Source: an uncultured Chryseobacterium sp. (GTDB lineage: Bacteria > Bacteroidota > Bacteroidia > Flavobacteriales_F > PHOS-HE28). Taken from it: a stretch of 64,000 nt of DNA. Positions within the stretch are counted from its first letter, which is position 1. Each line of letters begins with the position of its first letter. Made by a program: the position numbers and the translations under genes. Positions 47,417 to 54,991 of the stretch are shown piece by piece. The DNA lies in NCBI GenBank assembly GCA_964394425.1, contig CAYMXP010000002.1:13828-77827 (forward strand), in the 5' to 3' direction. Below the pieces are notes generated by a model. It was given only the letters and a program-made list of their open reading frames with translations, ran no database searches and had not been told where the DNA came from.

Positions 47417-47958
47417 TTACGGCGGCGACCCAGTAACACTTAACTGGAGCACCCGCGTTATCGCCGTGATCGTGTTCCAGTTGCGCGTGGTGACCGGCAC
47501 CCCGAAGTGGCGGTCGAGCGTGCCGAGGTGGCCGATCACCTTCATGTGGCGGCGGTAAAGGCCCAGGACGAACTGGTCCTGTCGCCCGATGATCTTCAAC
47601 AGCCACTTGCCATCAGCGGGGATCGTGATGGGCATCGCTGGTTCCTTGCGGGGCGTTTGGACAGCACGCTCACGAAGCGCACGATGTCCGGCCCTGCTGG
47701 CTGGCCTGCGAAGGGGTCGTCGGACACGAGATCCAAGATCTCCCGGCCATCGCAGAGGATCATCTCCGTTTCGAACGGAAGCCTCCGCGCCAGTTCCGCC
47801 CGTAGCTGCGTTCTGTTGACCGGTCGCCGGATCACCAGCGTACCCGCCGCACCGATGTTCACCGCATCGAAGCGCTTCAGCTGTTCCCCGATCGCTTTGG
47901 GCCGGAAGGTCCGATGACCGCCGACGTTGACCCCTCGCAGCAGGACCACGGTCGCCAT
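47417..47958 (-). pseudogene. DUF1697-family gene disrupted by a frameshift at a C4/G4 homopolymer (~47651-47654).
   Basis: N-terminal part in one frame ('MATVVLLRGVNVGGHRTFRPKAIGEQL…DIVRFVSVLSKRP', ORF 47596-47958). C-terminal family end in another frame ('MPITIPADGKWLLKIIGRQDQFVLGLYRRHMKVIGHLGTLDRHFGVPVTTRNWNTITAI', ORF 47417-). The switch lies in 'aaacgccccgcaagg'. Confidence 0.6.
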
Positions 47959-47972
47959 GGATCACGCCACGA

Positions 47973-48344
47973 CTAGTCCCCCGTCGGCCGGATCTCGCTG
48001 GTTTCCACCATCAGCACCACCACCTTCCGGGGCGCGCGGGTGCGGTGCAGCACGCCCTTGCTGATCGTGATCCCCTGTTGCGGCCCAAGCTCGATCGTTC
48101 GGTCCTCCAGGTCGATCAGCAACAGACCTTCCAGCACGAAGAAGAACTCGTCCTCCTGGTCGTGCTTGTGCCAGTGGAACTCCCCTTCGAGCATGCCCAG
48201 GCGAACGACGCTATCGTTCACACGCGTGAGCGTGCGGTTGGCCCATTTCTCCTTGGTGGCAGCGACGACCGAAGGCACGTCGATCCGCTGGAGATGTTCG
48301 AACTGGACGTTCAGATCGATGTTGTATACGGTCTCGTTCTGCAT
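47973..48344 (-). CDS. Cupin-domain protein.
   Basis: 'GEFHWHKHDQEDEFFFVLEGLLLIDLEDRTIELGPQQGITISKGVLHRTRAP' is a two-motif cupin pattern (G(X)5HXH…G…P…H). Start taken at MQNETV. Confidence 0.6.
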   Translation of the reverse strand: MQNETVYNIDLNVQFEHLQRIDVPSVVAATKEKWANRTLTRVNDSVVRLGMLEGEFHWHKHDQEDEFFFVLEGLLLIDLEDRTIELGPQQGITISKGVLHRTRAPRKVVVLMVETSEIRPTGD

Positions 48345-48381
48345 GGCCGATGCGTGAAATGGTGCCTGGTGAAGATAGCCT

Positions 48382-49149
48382 TCAAGCCAGTCGCCCGAGG
48401 AATTTTCGCACCGCCCCATTGAAGGCCTGCGGATCCTCCAGGTTGGATACGTGACCCACGCCGGGGATCACGACCAGTTCGCTTCCGGGTATTGCCGCCA
48501 CCATCGCTTCACTTTCCATCGGCGGGATCAAGGTGTCCAGCTCTCCGGTGATGACAAGCGTGGGCACCGCGATCGATGGGAGCATCGGGGTGCGATCGGG
48601 GCGCGCCGCCATGCCTCGCAAGGCGGCGATCGCTCCGCCGGGTCGCTGGCGTTCCATCATCGCCTTCAGCATCGAGGCGACCTCCGGTTTCGAAGTGCGC
48701 GTGGCCTCCGCCAGCAGCTTGGGGACCATCATCTCCGCCGTCGGCCCCATGCCTTCATCAGCGATCTTCTTCGCCGATGCCTTGCGCCCTTCCCGGCCTT
48801 GCTCGCTGTCAGCGCCGGGGCGCGTGTTGCAGAGGATCAGACCCTTCACGGCACGCGGGTGTTTCGCCAGCAATGCCAGTGCGACATAGCCGCCCATCGA
48901 TAGTCCGCAGATCACCGCTTGGTCGACCCCGAGCCGGTCGAGCAGATCCTTTACGTCGGTGGCGTAGCCGTCCATGGTCATCGTTTCCGGCGCCTCCTCC
49001 GCGCCGCCGAAGCCGCGCAGGTCGGGTGCGATCACCCGGGCGACGTCCTTCATGCCCTCCAGCTGCGGCATCCACTGCGAGCGGTCGAACGGAAAGCCGT
49101 GGATCAATACCAGGGCGGTCCCGTTGCCGATATCGTCGAATGTGCTCAT
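48382..49149 (-). CDS. Alpha/beta-hydrolase-fold protein.
   Basis: 'ALVLIHGFPFD' and nucleophile elbow 'ICGLSMGGYVAL'. His in 'GVGHVSNLEDP'. Confidence 0.85.
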   Translation of the reverse strand: MSTFDDIGNGTALVLIHGFPFDRSQWMPQLEGMKDVARVIAPDLRGFGGAEEAPETMTMDGYATDVKDLLDRLGVDQAVICGLSMGGYVALALLAKHPRAVKGLILCNTRPGADSEQGREGRKASAKKIADEGMGPTAEMMVPKLLAEATRTSKPEVASMLKAMMERQRPGGAIAALRGMAARPDRTPMLPSIAVPTLVITGELDTLIPPMESEAMVAAIPGSELVVIPGVGHVSNLEDPQAFNGAVRKFLGRLA

Positions 49150-49430
49150 CGCTGTTCTGCTCGAGGAGCCATCCTGACACGACGCATCGTATCCGTGATC
49201 GCGTTTTCCCTTTCCCGCACGAGCGAGTCGAGCAGCCCGCGCTGCGTTCGGGCATCATCCATGGCGCGCTCCTGGGCATCGGTCGCCCGCTTCGCCGAGT
49301 CGATCTGGTCGAACACATCCACCTGCCGGGATGGAGGTGATGGCGGCGGTGGCACGATGCGCGGCCCGGCGCCGGGACGGTCCACGCAAGCCGCCATGCC
49401 GATCGCCATGAGGATCAAGCCGACACGCAT
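49146..49430 (-). CDS. Small hypothetical protein with a signal peptide or lipobox.
   Basis: 'MRVGLILMAIGMAAC' followed by a Pro-rich segment, then a helix. Weak evidence. Confidence 0.35.
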   Translation of the reverse strand: MRVGLILMAIGMAACVDRPGAGPRIVPPPPSPPSRQVDVFDQIDSAKRATDAQERAMDDARTQRGLLDSLVRERENAITDTMRRVRMAPRAEQR

Positions 49431-49470
49431 CGCCCAAAGCTATGCCGGTCGGCCCATCGCGCCGTTCCGA

Positions 49471-49881
49471 TCAGTTGTTGTTGATGATGATCACCGGGTT
49501 GTCCTGGATCTTCTTCGCCGAACGCGAAACGAAGGACAGGACATGCTCGCCTTTCTTGTTCACCTTCACCTTGTACACCACCGAAACGGGACCCTTGGCG
49601 TTCACTCCGGGTTCGGCGATCTGCAGGTTCTTCTTCTCGATGGTGGGAATGGCGGTGTTCTCGAAGACGACCTTCACCAGTGCGTAGTCGTTGTTGGTGT
49701 TCTCGACCTTCGCGTTGGCGGCGGGTCCGGCGTTGATCTGTTCCCCGTTCACGAAGAGGGTGAACTTGTCGCCGTCCTCGGAATAGACCGCCAGGTCATG
49801 GGCGATCTGGGCGTTGGCGGCGGTCGCGGGAAGGATCGCGAGCGCGATCAGGAGGGAAAGGGCGTCGATGGTGGATCGCAT
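49471..49881 (-). CDS. Small secreted hypothetical protein with lower local GC.
   Basis: Signal peptide 'MRSTIDALSLLIALAILPATAANA', then a beta-rich domain ending 'NPVIIINNN'. Confidence 0.45.
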   Translation of the reverse strand: MRSTIDALSLLIALAILPATAANAQIAHDLAVYSEDGDKFTLFVNGEQINAGPAANAKVENTNNDYALVKVVFENTAIPTIEKKNLQIAEPGVNAKGPVSVVYKVKVNKKGEHVLSFVSRSAKKIQDNPVIIINNN

Positions 49882-49962
49882 GTTGTTCGGAAGGTCCAGG
49901 TGGAGGCGAAAATAGATCGCGTTCGCCGCCCTGCCGCGAGCCGGACCGATCGCGTCGACCGG

Positions 49963-51555
49963 TCAGGGCAGGCTCGTCACCTTGAGGAATTGGATGCCCC
50001 GGCCCTTGGTGAGGGCGATGATCATGGACCCATCCGCCGCGCGCAGCGAGCAGCCATTGAGCATGTAGTCCAGCGACGTGGAGCGCTGCAAGGGCATGCG
50101 CTCGATCGGGCCGCCGGATCCCTCCACATGCACCACGGGATCGAACGCGCCGGCTCCCTCCAGCGTGGCCACGTTGATCCGGGCGAACTTGTCGGGTATG
50201 GCGGCGCCCCGGGCGAATTCATGCTTTTCCCAATCGTTGAAGAAGAAGAGCAGCCTTCCCCGGTCGTACCGCACCAACGTGCGCGTGGGATCACCGAAGC
50301 CCGGCACGCCTTCCTCGACGAGGAACTTGCGCACCACGCCGGCGCGGGGATCGCCGGTGGCGGGCATGATCGCGTAAAGCAACTGATCGCGCACGTTGCC
50401 GGTGGGCGCCGCCTCGGCGGGATCGCCCAGGTAGTCGTTGCGCACCTGCACCTCGCTGGCGAAGAGCAGCGAGTCACCCGGCAGCATCTCCACGAGGATG
50501 GGCCGCGACCTGGCCAGCACGGCGGCCAGCGCCTTCGATCGCGCCTGTGGGTCGGGTTTTTCCGGCTTGGAGCTCTCCATCTCCTTGGGATCGCGCGACC
50601 GGTCGGCCAGCTGGCGCGTGCGTTCCTCGTCCAGGGGATGGATCCACCAGTCGATGGGTGTATCGGATCCTGCCAGGAAGCGGGCATGTACGATCGCGGG
50701 GGTCGATCGATCGTCGCTCACGGCGAGGCCGGCGCAGCGTGCCATGCCGGAGTTCTCCAGCACGCAGGCCACGCATCCTGGAACATGCCCGGGCACGGCG
50801 ACCTGCATGAACGCCACGCCGCCATCGGCCTTCAGGCTCACCAGCCACGACCGCCATTCAGTCCATCCGTCCTTCTTCGTCGCGGGATCCGTTCCGGTGA
50901 TCGCCAGCAGCGCGTCCCCGGCGTCGTTGGCCGAAAGGTGCTGGAACGTGATGCCCGAGAGCGGCCTGGGCAGCAGCACCTCCTGCGTGCGTGCCTTGCC
51001 CGTGCGCCAGTTCACCACCGCCACCACCAGGCTCGTGCATTCCTTCTTCTTCATGTGCGGCACCAACCAGAACGCATGGTGCCCGCCGACGAGCACCGCC
51101 GAGGAAGCCCATGAGAGCGGGGCGCTCTGGTCGGCGTTCGCGAGCCTGCCGATCGGATGGGGTTCGGCGGGGTCGGGCTTCAGCGGATCGACGAAACCCC
51201 AGATGATCTCGCCTTCACCCGCCGCATCCTCCGGCGGCCCGAAGACCACGTTGAAGATCTTGCCTTCCTCCATGCGCCAGGCGGCCAGGTCCGTGGCGCG
51301 GCGCGTGAGGTCGATGCCCGTGCGCGGTGAGCCCTTGTGTCCGGTGCTGTCGTAGCGGAAGGCCTTGGGTGCGCGCGTCATGCCGCCCACCATCAGGTAG
51401 AAGCCGTCGCCATCGGGAAGGAAGGCGTAAGGCCAGCCGTCGGAAGCCACCGTGTAGGTCGCGTGCTTTTCCACGGCCACGGTGGTGGGATCCTGGGCGG
51501 CCGATGAACTCGCGATCGCGCAGGCCACGATGGCCGCCGGGAACGATGAACGCAT
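49963..51555 (-). CDS. Large secreted hypothetical protein, possibly a beta-propeller.
   Basis: Signal peptide 'MRSSFPAAIVACAIASSSAAQ'. No catalytic motif recognised. Confidence 0.5.
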   Translation of the reverse strand: MRSSFPAAIVACAIASSSAAQDPTTVAVEKHATYTVASDGWPYAFLPDGDGFYLMVGGMTRAPKAFRYDSTGHKGSPRTGIDLTRRATDLAAWRMEEGKIFNVVFGPPEDAAGEGEIIWGFVDPLKPDPAEPHPIGRLANADQSAPLSWASSAVLVGGHHAFWLVPHMKKKECTSLVVAVVNWRTGKARTQEVLLPRPLSGITFQHLSANDAGDALLAITGTDPATKKDGWTEWRSWLVSLKADGGVAFMQVAVPGHVPGCVACVLENSGMARCAGLAVSDDRSTPAIVHARFLAGSDTPIDWWIHPLDEERTRQLADRSRDPKEMESSKPEKPDPQARSKALAAVLARSRPILVEMLPGDSLLFASEVQVRNDYLGDPAEAAPTGNVRDQLLYAIMPATGDPRAGVVRKFLVEEGVPGFGDPTRTLVRYDRGRLLFFFNDWEKHEFARGAAIPDKFARINVATLEGAGAFDPVVHVEGSGGPIERMPLQRSTSLDYMLNGCSLRAADGSMIIALTKGRGIQFLKVTSLP

Positions 51556-51578
51556 GCTGGAAATGTACCGGTTCCGGG

Positions 51579-51923
51579 TCAAGATCCACGCTGCCGCCCG
51601 GGTTTTTTGGGGCGGGCATTGCTCCAGGCGGCATCCAGCGCCTCCTTGAAGATCACGGGGCTCACGCGATCCAGTCGAACGAGCGTGGCGCCCTTTTCAC
51701 CCCACTTGCCGGGATGCGGCATGAAGGCCTCGCTGCGATGGCTGATCAGTTCCACCTGCTGTTCAACCGTGAGCATCAGCACGGCGGTACCGGCTTCAAG
51801 TTGCTGGGTCATGAAGATGCGCCCGCCTTTTCCGCGCGCGCGGTAGCTGGGGTTCCCGAAGTGGTCCCGCTCCTCGGATTCCAGCATCGCCAGGGCCAGG
51901 TCGCGCGCGGCGCCGATGTCCAT
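51579..51923 (-). CDS. MmcQ/YjbR-family small DNA-binding protein.
   Basis: 'FGNPSYRARGKGGRIFMT…AFMPHPGKWGEKGATLVRLDRVSPVIFKEALDAAW' matches the family consensus (F..P.FRV.GKIFA … F.PA.Y.GK.GW..V.LD). Start at the ATG at 51923. Confidence 0.6.
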   Translation of the reverse strand: MDIGAARDLALAMLESEERDHFGNPSYRARGKGGRIFMTQQLEAGTAVLMLTVEQQVELISHRSEAFMPHPGKWGEKGATLVRLDRVSPVIFKEALDAAWSNARPKKPGRQRGS

Positions 51924-51933
51924 CGCGTGCTGG

Positions 51934-52485
51934 TCAGCGGGGATGGTGGGTGTTCGGCCGCGTGATGGATGTCGGCCCCTCACGCTGCCACACCTGCCGG
52001 CTCGTGAGGCATTCGGGCCGCTGCAGCGACAAGGCCAGTTGCTCGCGCAGGGAAGCGGTGGACACCACGGAATCCACGCCGCCGTCGAGCAGCGAGAAGT
52101 CGTGCGTGACCAGCTGGTCGCCATCCAATTCATAGCCGTAGTGGTAGTACTTGCCTTCCGTGTCGGCGAGCGCCACGATGAATTTCCGCCCGTCCAGTTC
52201 GGTGGTCCAGCCGGTGTAGAGGGAATCCTGGGCCATGAAGTTCTCGGTTGTTCCAAGGAGTTCGATCCGGCACGTGCCATCCTCCCTGGCGGTGAGCCGC
52301 ACCCGGCTGATCTCCGCCGATCCATCCTCGTTCAGGTTCTTCCATGTGCCGAGCAACCCGGGATCGGCGGCGGCGCCGGCGCGTTCTTCAAGGGGATGAT
52401 CCAGCCCGACGGGGCAGGCCTGGAGGCTCAGGATCACCAGGGTGGCCGCCGGGGCGCGCGCGATCCGGGACGTGATGTTGTTCAT
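51934..52485 (-). CDS. Lipocalin-like lipoprotein of unknown function.
   Basis: Lipobox 'LVILSLQAC', then 'LLGTWKNLNEDGS…GKYYHYGYELDGDQLVTHDF'. Start at the ATG at 52485. Confidence 0.5.
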   Translation of the reverse strand: MNNITSRIARAPAATLVILSLQACPVGLDHPLEERAGAAADPGLLGTWKNLNEDGSAEISRVRLTAREDGTCRIELLGTTENFMAQDSLYTGWTTELDGRKFIVALADTEGKYYHYGYELDGDQLVTHDFSLLDGGVDSVVSTASLREQLALSLQRPECLTSRQVWQREGPTSITRPNTHHPR

Positions 52486-52597
52486 CTTCGGAGGATGGGG
52501 GCCAAAACTATTCCGGACAAGCGAGAACGGTCTAAGGTGAAGCACTGAAAAGGACCGTCGATCGCCGCGATCGCCGTGGATGCCGATCTTTCCGCCC

Positions 52598-53173
52598 ATG
52601 ACCAGGAACCGCCTCGAAGCCTTCAGCGATGGGGTGATCGCCATCATCATCACCATCATGGTGTTGGAGATGAAGGTTCCGCACGGCCCCGAGCTTTCGG
52701 CCTTGAAGCCGTTGTGGCCGGTGTTCTCCAGCTACCTGCTGAGCTTCGCCTACCTCGCGCTGTACTGGAACAACCACCACCATCTGCTGCACACCCTGCA
52801 CCGGGTGAACGGCGCGGTGATGTGGGCGAACCTGCACCTGCTCTTCTGGCTGTCGCTCATCCCCTTCGCCACCGCGTGGATGGGGGAGAACCACTTCGCG
52901 CCGTGGCCCACGGCGATCTATGGCGTGGTCCTGCTCCTGAGCGCGCTGGCCTGGGCGATCCTGCAACACGCGATCATCCACCTGGAGGGATCGGGTTCGG
53001 CGCTGGCGCGGGCGGTCGGACGGGACCGCAAGTGGAAGATCAGCATGGCCTGCCAGATCGCGGCCATCCCGTCGGCCTTCGTGCATGCCGCGCTCGCCGG
53101 CGCGTTGTACACCGTGGTCGCGCTGATCTGGATCATCCCCGACCGGAGGATCGAGAAAGCCCTGCGCGAATGA
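52598..53173 (+). CDS. TMEM175/DUF1211-family putative K+ channel.
   Basis: Signature 'RLEAFSDGVIAIIITIMVLE' at the start of TM1, plus six hydrophobic helices. Confidence 0.75.
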   Translation: MTRNRLEAFSDGVIAIIITIMVLEMKVPHGPELSALKPLWPVFSSYLLSFAYLALYWNNHHHLLHTLHRVNGAVMWANLHLLFWLSLIPFATAWMGENHFAPWPTAIYGVVLLLSALAWAILQHAIIHLEGSGSALARAVGRDRKWKISMACQIAAIPSAFVHAALAGALYTVVALIWIIPDRRIEKALRE

Positions 53174-53222
53174 CGCCCGGTCATCGCATGCCTTGGATAC
53201 CTTGCCCGCCCGACCACGTCGC

Positions 53223-54065
53223 ATGCCCCATCGATCCATGATCGCCGGTCGTTCTCCAGGCCTGGCCGGCCTGATCGCCCTGGCCGCGCTCCACGCATCG
53301 GCGCAGGAACCGACGCCCTTCGTGTTCGGCGAGGTGCATGTGCTTCGATCGGAGATCCTCGGCGAGGAGCGCACGCTGAACGTGTTCCTGCCGGATGGGT
53401 ACGCCGACAGCACGCTCACCTGCCCGGTGATCTACCTGCTGGACGGATCGGCCAACGAGGATTTCCCGCACATCGCGGGGCTCGCCCAGTTCATGAACAT
53501 GTACGGCCTGCTACCGAAGAGCATCGTGGTGGGCATCGCGAACGAGGGCCGCTCACGCTACCGGGACTTCACGCATGCCACCACCAACGACAGCGATCTG
53601 GTCTGGGTGCCGACCGGCGGCGGTTCGGCGCGCTTCATCGCCTTCATCGAGCGGGAGGTGCAGCCCTTCGTCGCGGGGCATTACAGGACGAACGGCACGC
53701 GCACCCTCATCGGCCAGTCGTTCGGAGGCCTGCTCGGCACGGAGATCCTCTTCAAGAAGCCGGAGCTCTTCGACAACTATGTGCTGGTGAGCCCGAGCCT
53801 GTGGTGGGACAACGGCTCGCTCGCGGCCTCGGCGGATCCATGGGCGAAGGCCAATGGCGCATCGCCGAAGCACGTCTTCATCGCCGTGGCGCGCGACGAC
53901 GACATGATGCAGGCGCAGATCGACCAGGTGGTGGCCGCCTTCAAGGCGCATGCGCGGCCTCCGTTCCAATGGATCTATCTCCCGTTCCCGGAGGAAAGTC
54001 ACATGACGATCCTGCACCGCGCGGTGTATCGGGCGTTCGAGCTGATGAACGCGAGGAAGGAATGA
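53223..54065 (+). CDS. Secreted esterase-family alpha/beta hydrolase (enterochelin-esterase-like).
   Basis: Signal peptide, then 'PVIYLLDGSANEDF' and nucleophile 'LIGQSFGGLLG'. Start ambiguous: 53193 or 53223. Confidence 0.7.
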   Translation: MPHRSMIAGRSPGLAGLIALAALHASAQEPTPFVFGEVHVLRSEILGEERTLNVFLPDGYADSTLTCPVIYLLDGSANEDFPHIAGLAQFMNMYGLLPKSIVVGIANEGRSRYRDFTHATTNDSDLVWVPTGGGSARFIAFIEREVQPFVAGHYRTNGTRTLIGQSFGGLLGTEILFKKPELFDNYVLVSPSLWWDNGSLAASADPWAKANGASPKHVFIAVARDDDMMQAQIDQVVAAFKAHARPPFQWIYLPFPEESHMTILHRAVYRAFELMNARKE

Positions 54066-54227
54066 TCGACCATGCCGATGGTGACCGCCACCGCGTGAGC
54101 CCCGCGCCATTTCTTCGCTTTCGCTCTTCTTCCCCTCCTTCAGCATTGCCCACCCCGCCCGGTCGATGCCTGCCTGCCACGCTCCCAGCGCACGCGTACC
54201 ATGCGGTGCCGGCTGCCCCCTTGGCGG

Positions 54228-54944
54228 TCAGGTCTGGGGCCGGGACCTGGGTCCCAGCCCGCCGAACAAATGCTTCTTGGCCCGTGCCACCTCCACCGTG
54301 GTGCCATCGGTGAGCTGCAATGTTGCAGCATACTTCGTCGGCGTGTAACGCATGATGTGTTTGACATTGACCAGGTGGGCGCGATGGGCGCGAACAAAGC
54401 CACGACCCTCCAATGCGGCCTCGAGCTCGCCCAGCTTGCGCGAGATCGATCGCGGCTTCGGAAGGCCGCTGGCGTGGATCACGCTGTAGCTTCCGGAGGC
54501 TTCGATGCGCGTGATCGTCGCCAGCTCGATCAGTTCGGTTCCCTTGGTGGTATGCACCGGCAGCCGATCGGCGAGGGCGGCACGCAGGGCCTGCGCGCGA
54601 GCGCCACCGGCGAGCGAGCGGCGTTTCTGCTTCAAACGCTGCACCATCGCAGCGAGCTCGTCCACGTCGATCGGCTTCAACAGGTGGTCGAACGCGCACA
54701 AGCGCAAGGCGCTCAGGATGCGATCACCGTGCGCGGTGACGAAGACCACTTCGAAGGCGCGGTCGATGCCCAGACGTTCCAGCAGTTCGATGCCCGAGAC
54801 GTGCGGCGTGCAGGATGTCCAGGAAGACCACGGCCAGCGGCGGAATGCCTTATGAGCACAAGGATCCCCTGGACGGACCTCGCAGGCCATTCCGGACATG
54901 ACATGGGTCATGCGGTATCCAGCGAGCGTATCATTATTTTTCAT
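54228..54944 (-). CDS. LytTR-type DNA-binding regulator with only a partial or degenerate receiver domain; it may be frameshifted.
   Basis: C-terminal LytTR 'HTTKGTELIELATITRIEASGSYSVIHASGLPKPRSISRKLGELEAAL…FVRAHRAHLVNVKHI'. Only the receiver alpha3-beta5 ('VSGIELLERLGIDRAFEVVFVTAHGD…FDHLLKPID') is in frame. Beta1-like 'ILVLIRHSAAGRGL' and 'PLAVVFLDI' lie in the two other frames. Confidence 0.5.
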   Translation of the reverse strand: MKNNDTLAGYRMTHVMSGMACEVRPGDPCAHKAFRRWPWSSWTSCTPHVSGIELLERLGIDRAFEVVFVTAHGDRILSALRLCAFDHLLKPIDVDELAAMVQRLKQKRRSLAGGARAQALRAALADRLPVHTTKGTELIELATITRIEASGSYSVIHASGLPKPRSISRKLGELEAALEGRGFVRAHRAHLVNVKHIMRYTPTKYAATLQLTDGTTVEVARAKKHLFGGLGPRSRPQT

Positions 54945-54991
54945 GCCCGTTCTTTTCCCGGCCTTCCAGTGTTGCACCAACCAACGGAACA

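Noticed and set aside
48919-51114. A 731-aa ORF on the plus strand across the secreted-protein block.
   Set aside because: It overlaps three co-directional minus-strand genes that have signal peptides, and its translation is low-complexity.
54713-54904. A 63-aa ORF 'MSCPEWPARSVQGILVLIRHSAAGRGL…' as a separate small gene.
   Set aside because: It is the alternative frame of the regulator 5' region containing a receiver beta1-like segment. It is interpreted as part of a frameshifted or degenerate receiver rather than an independent gene.
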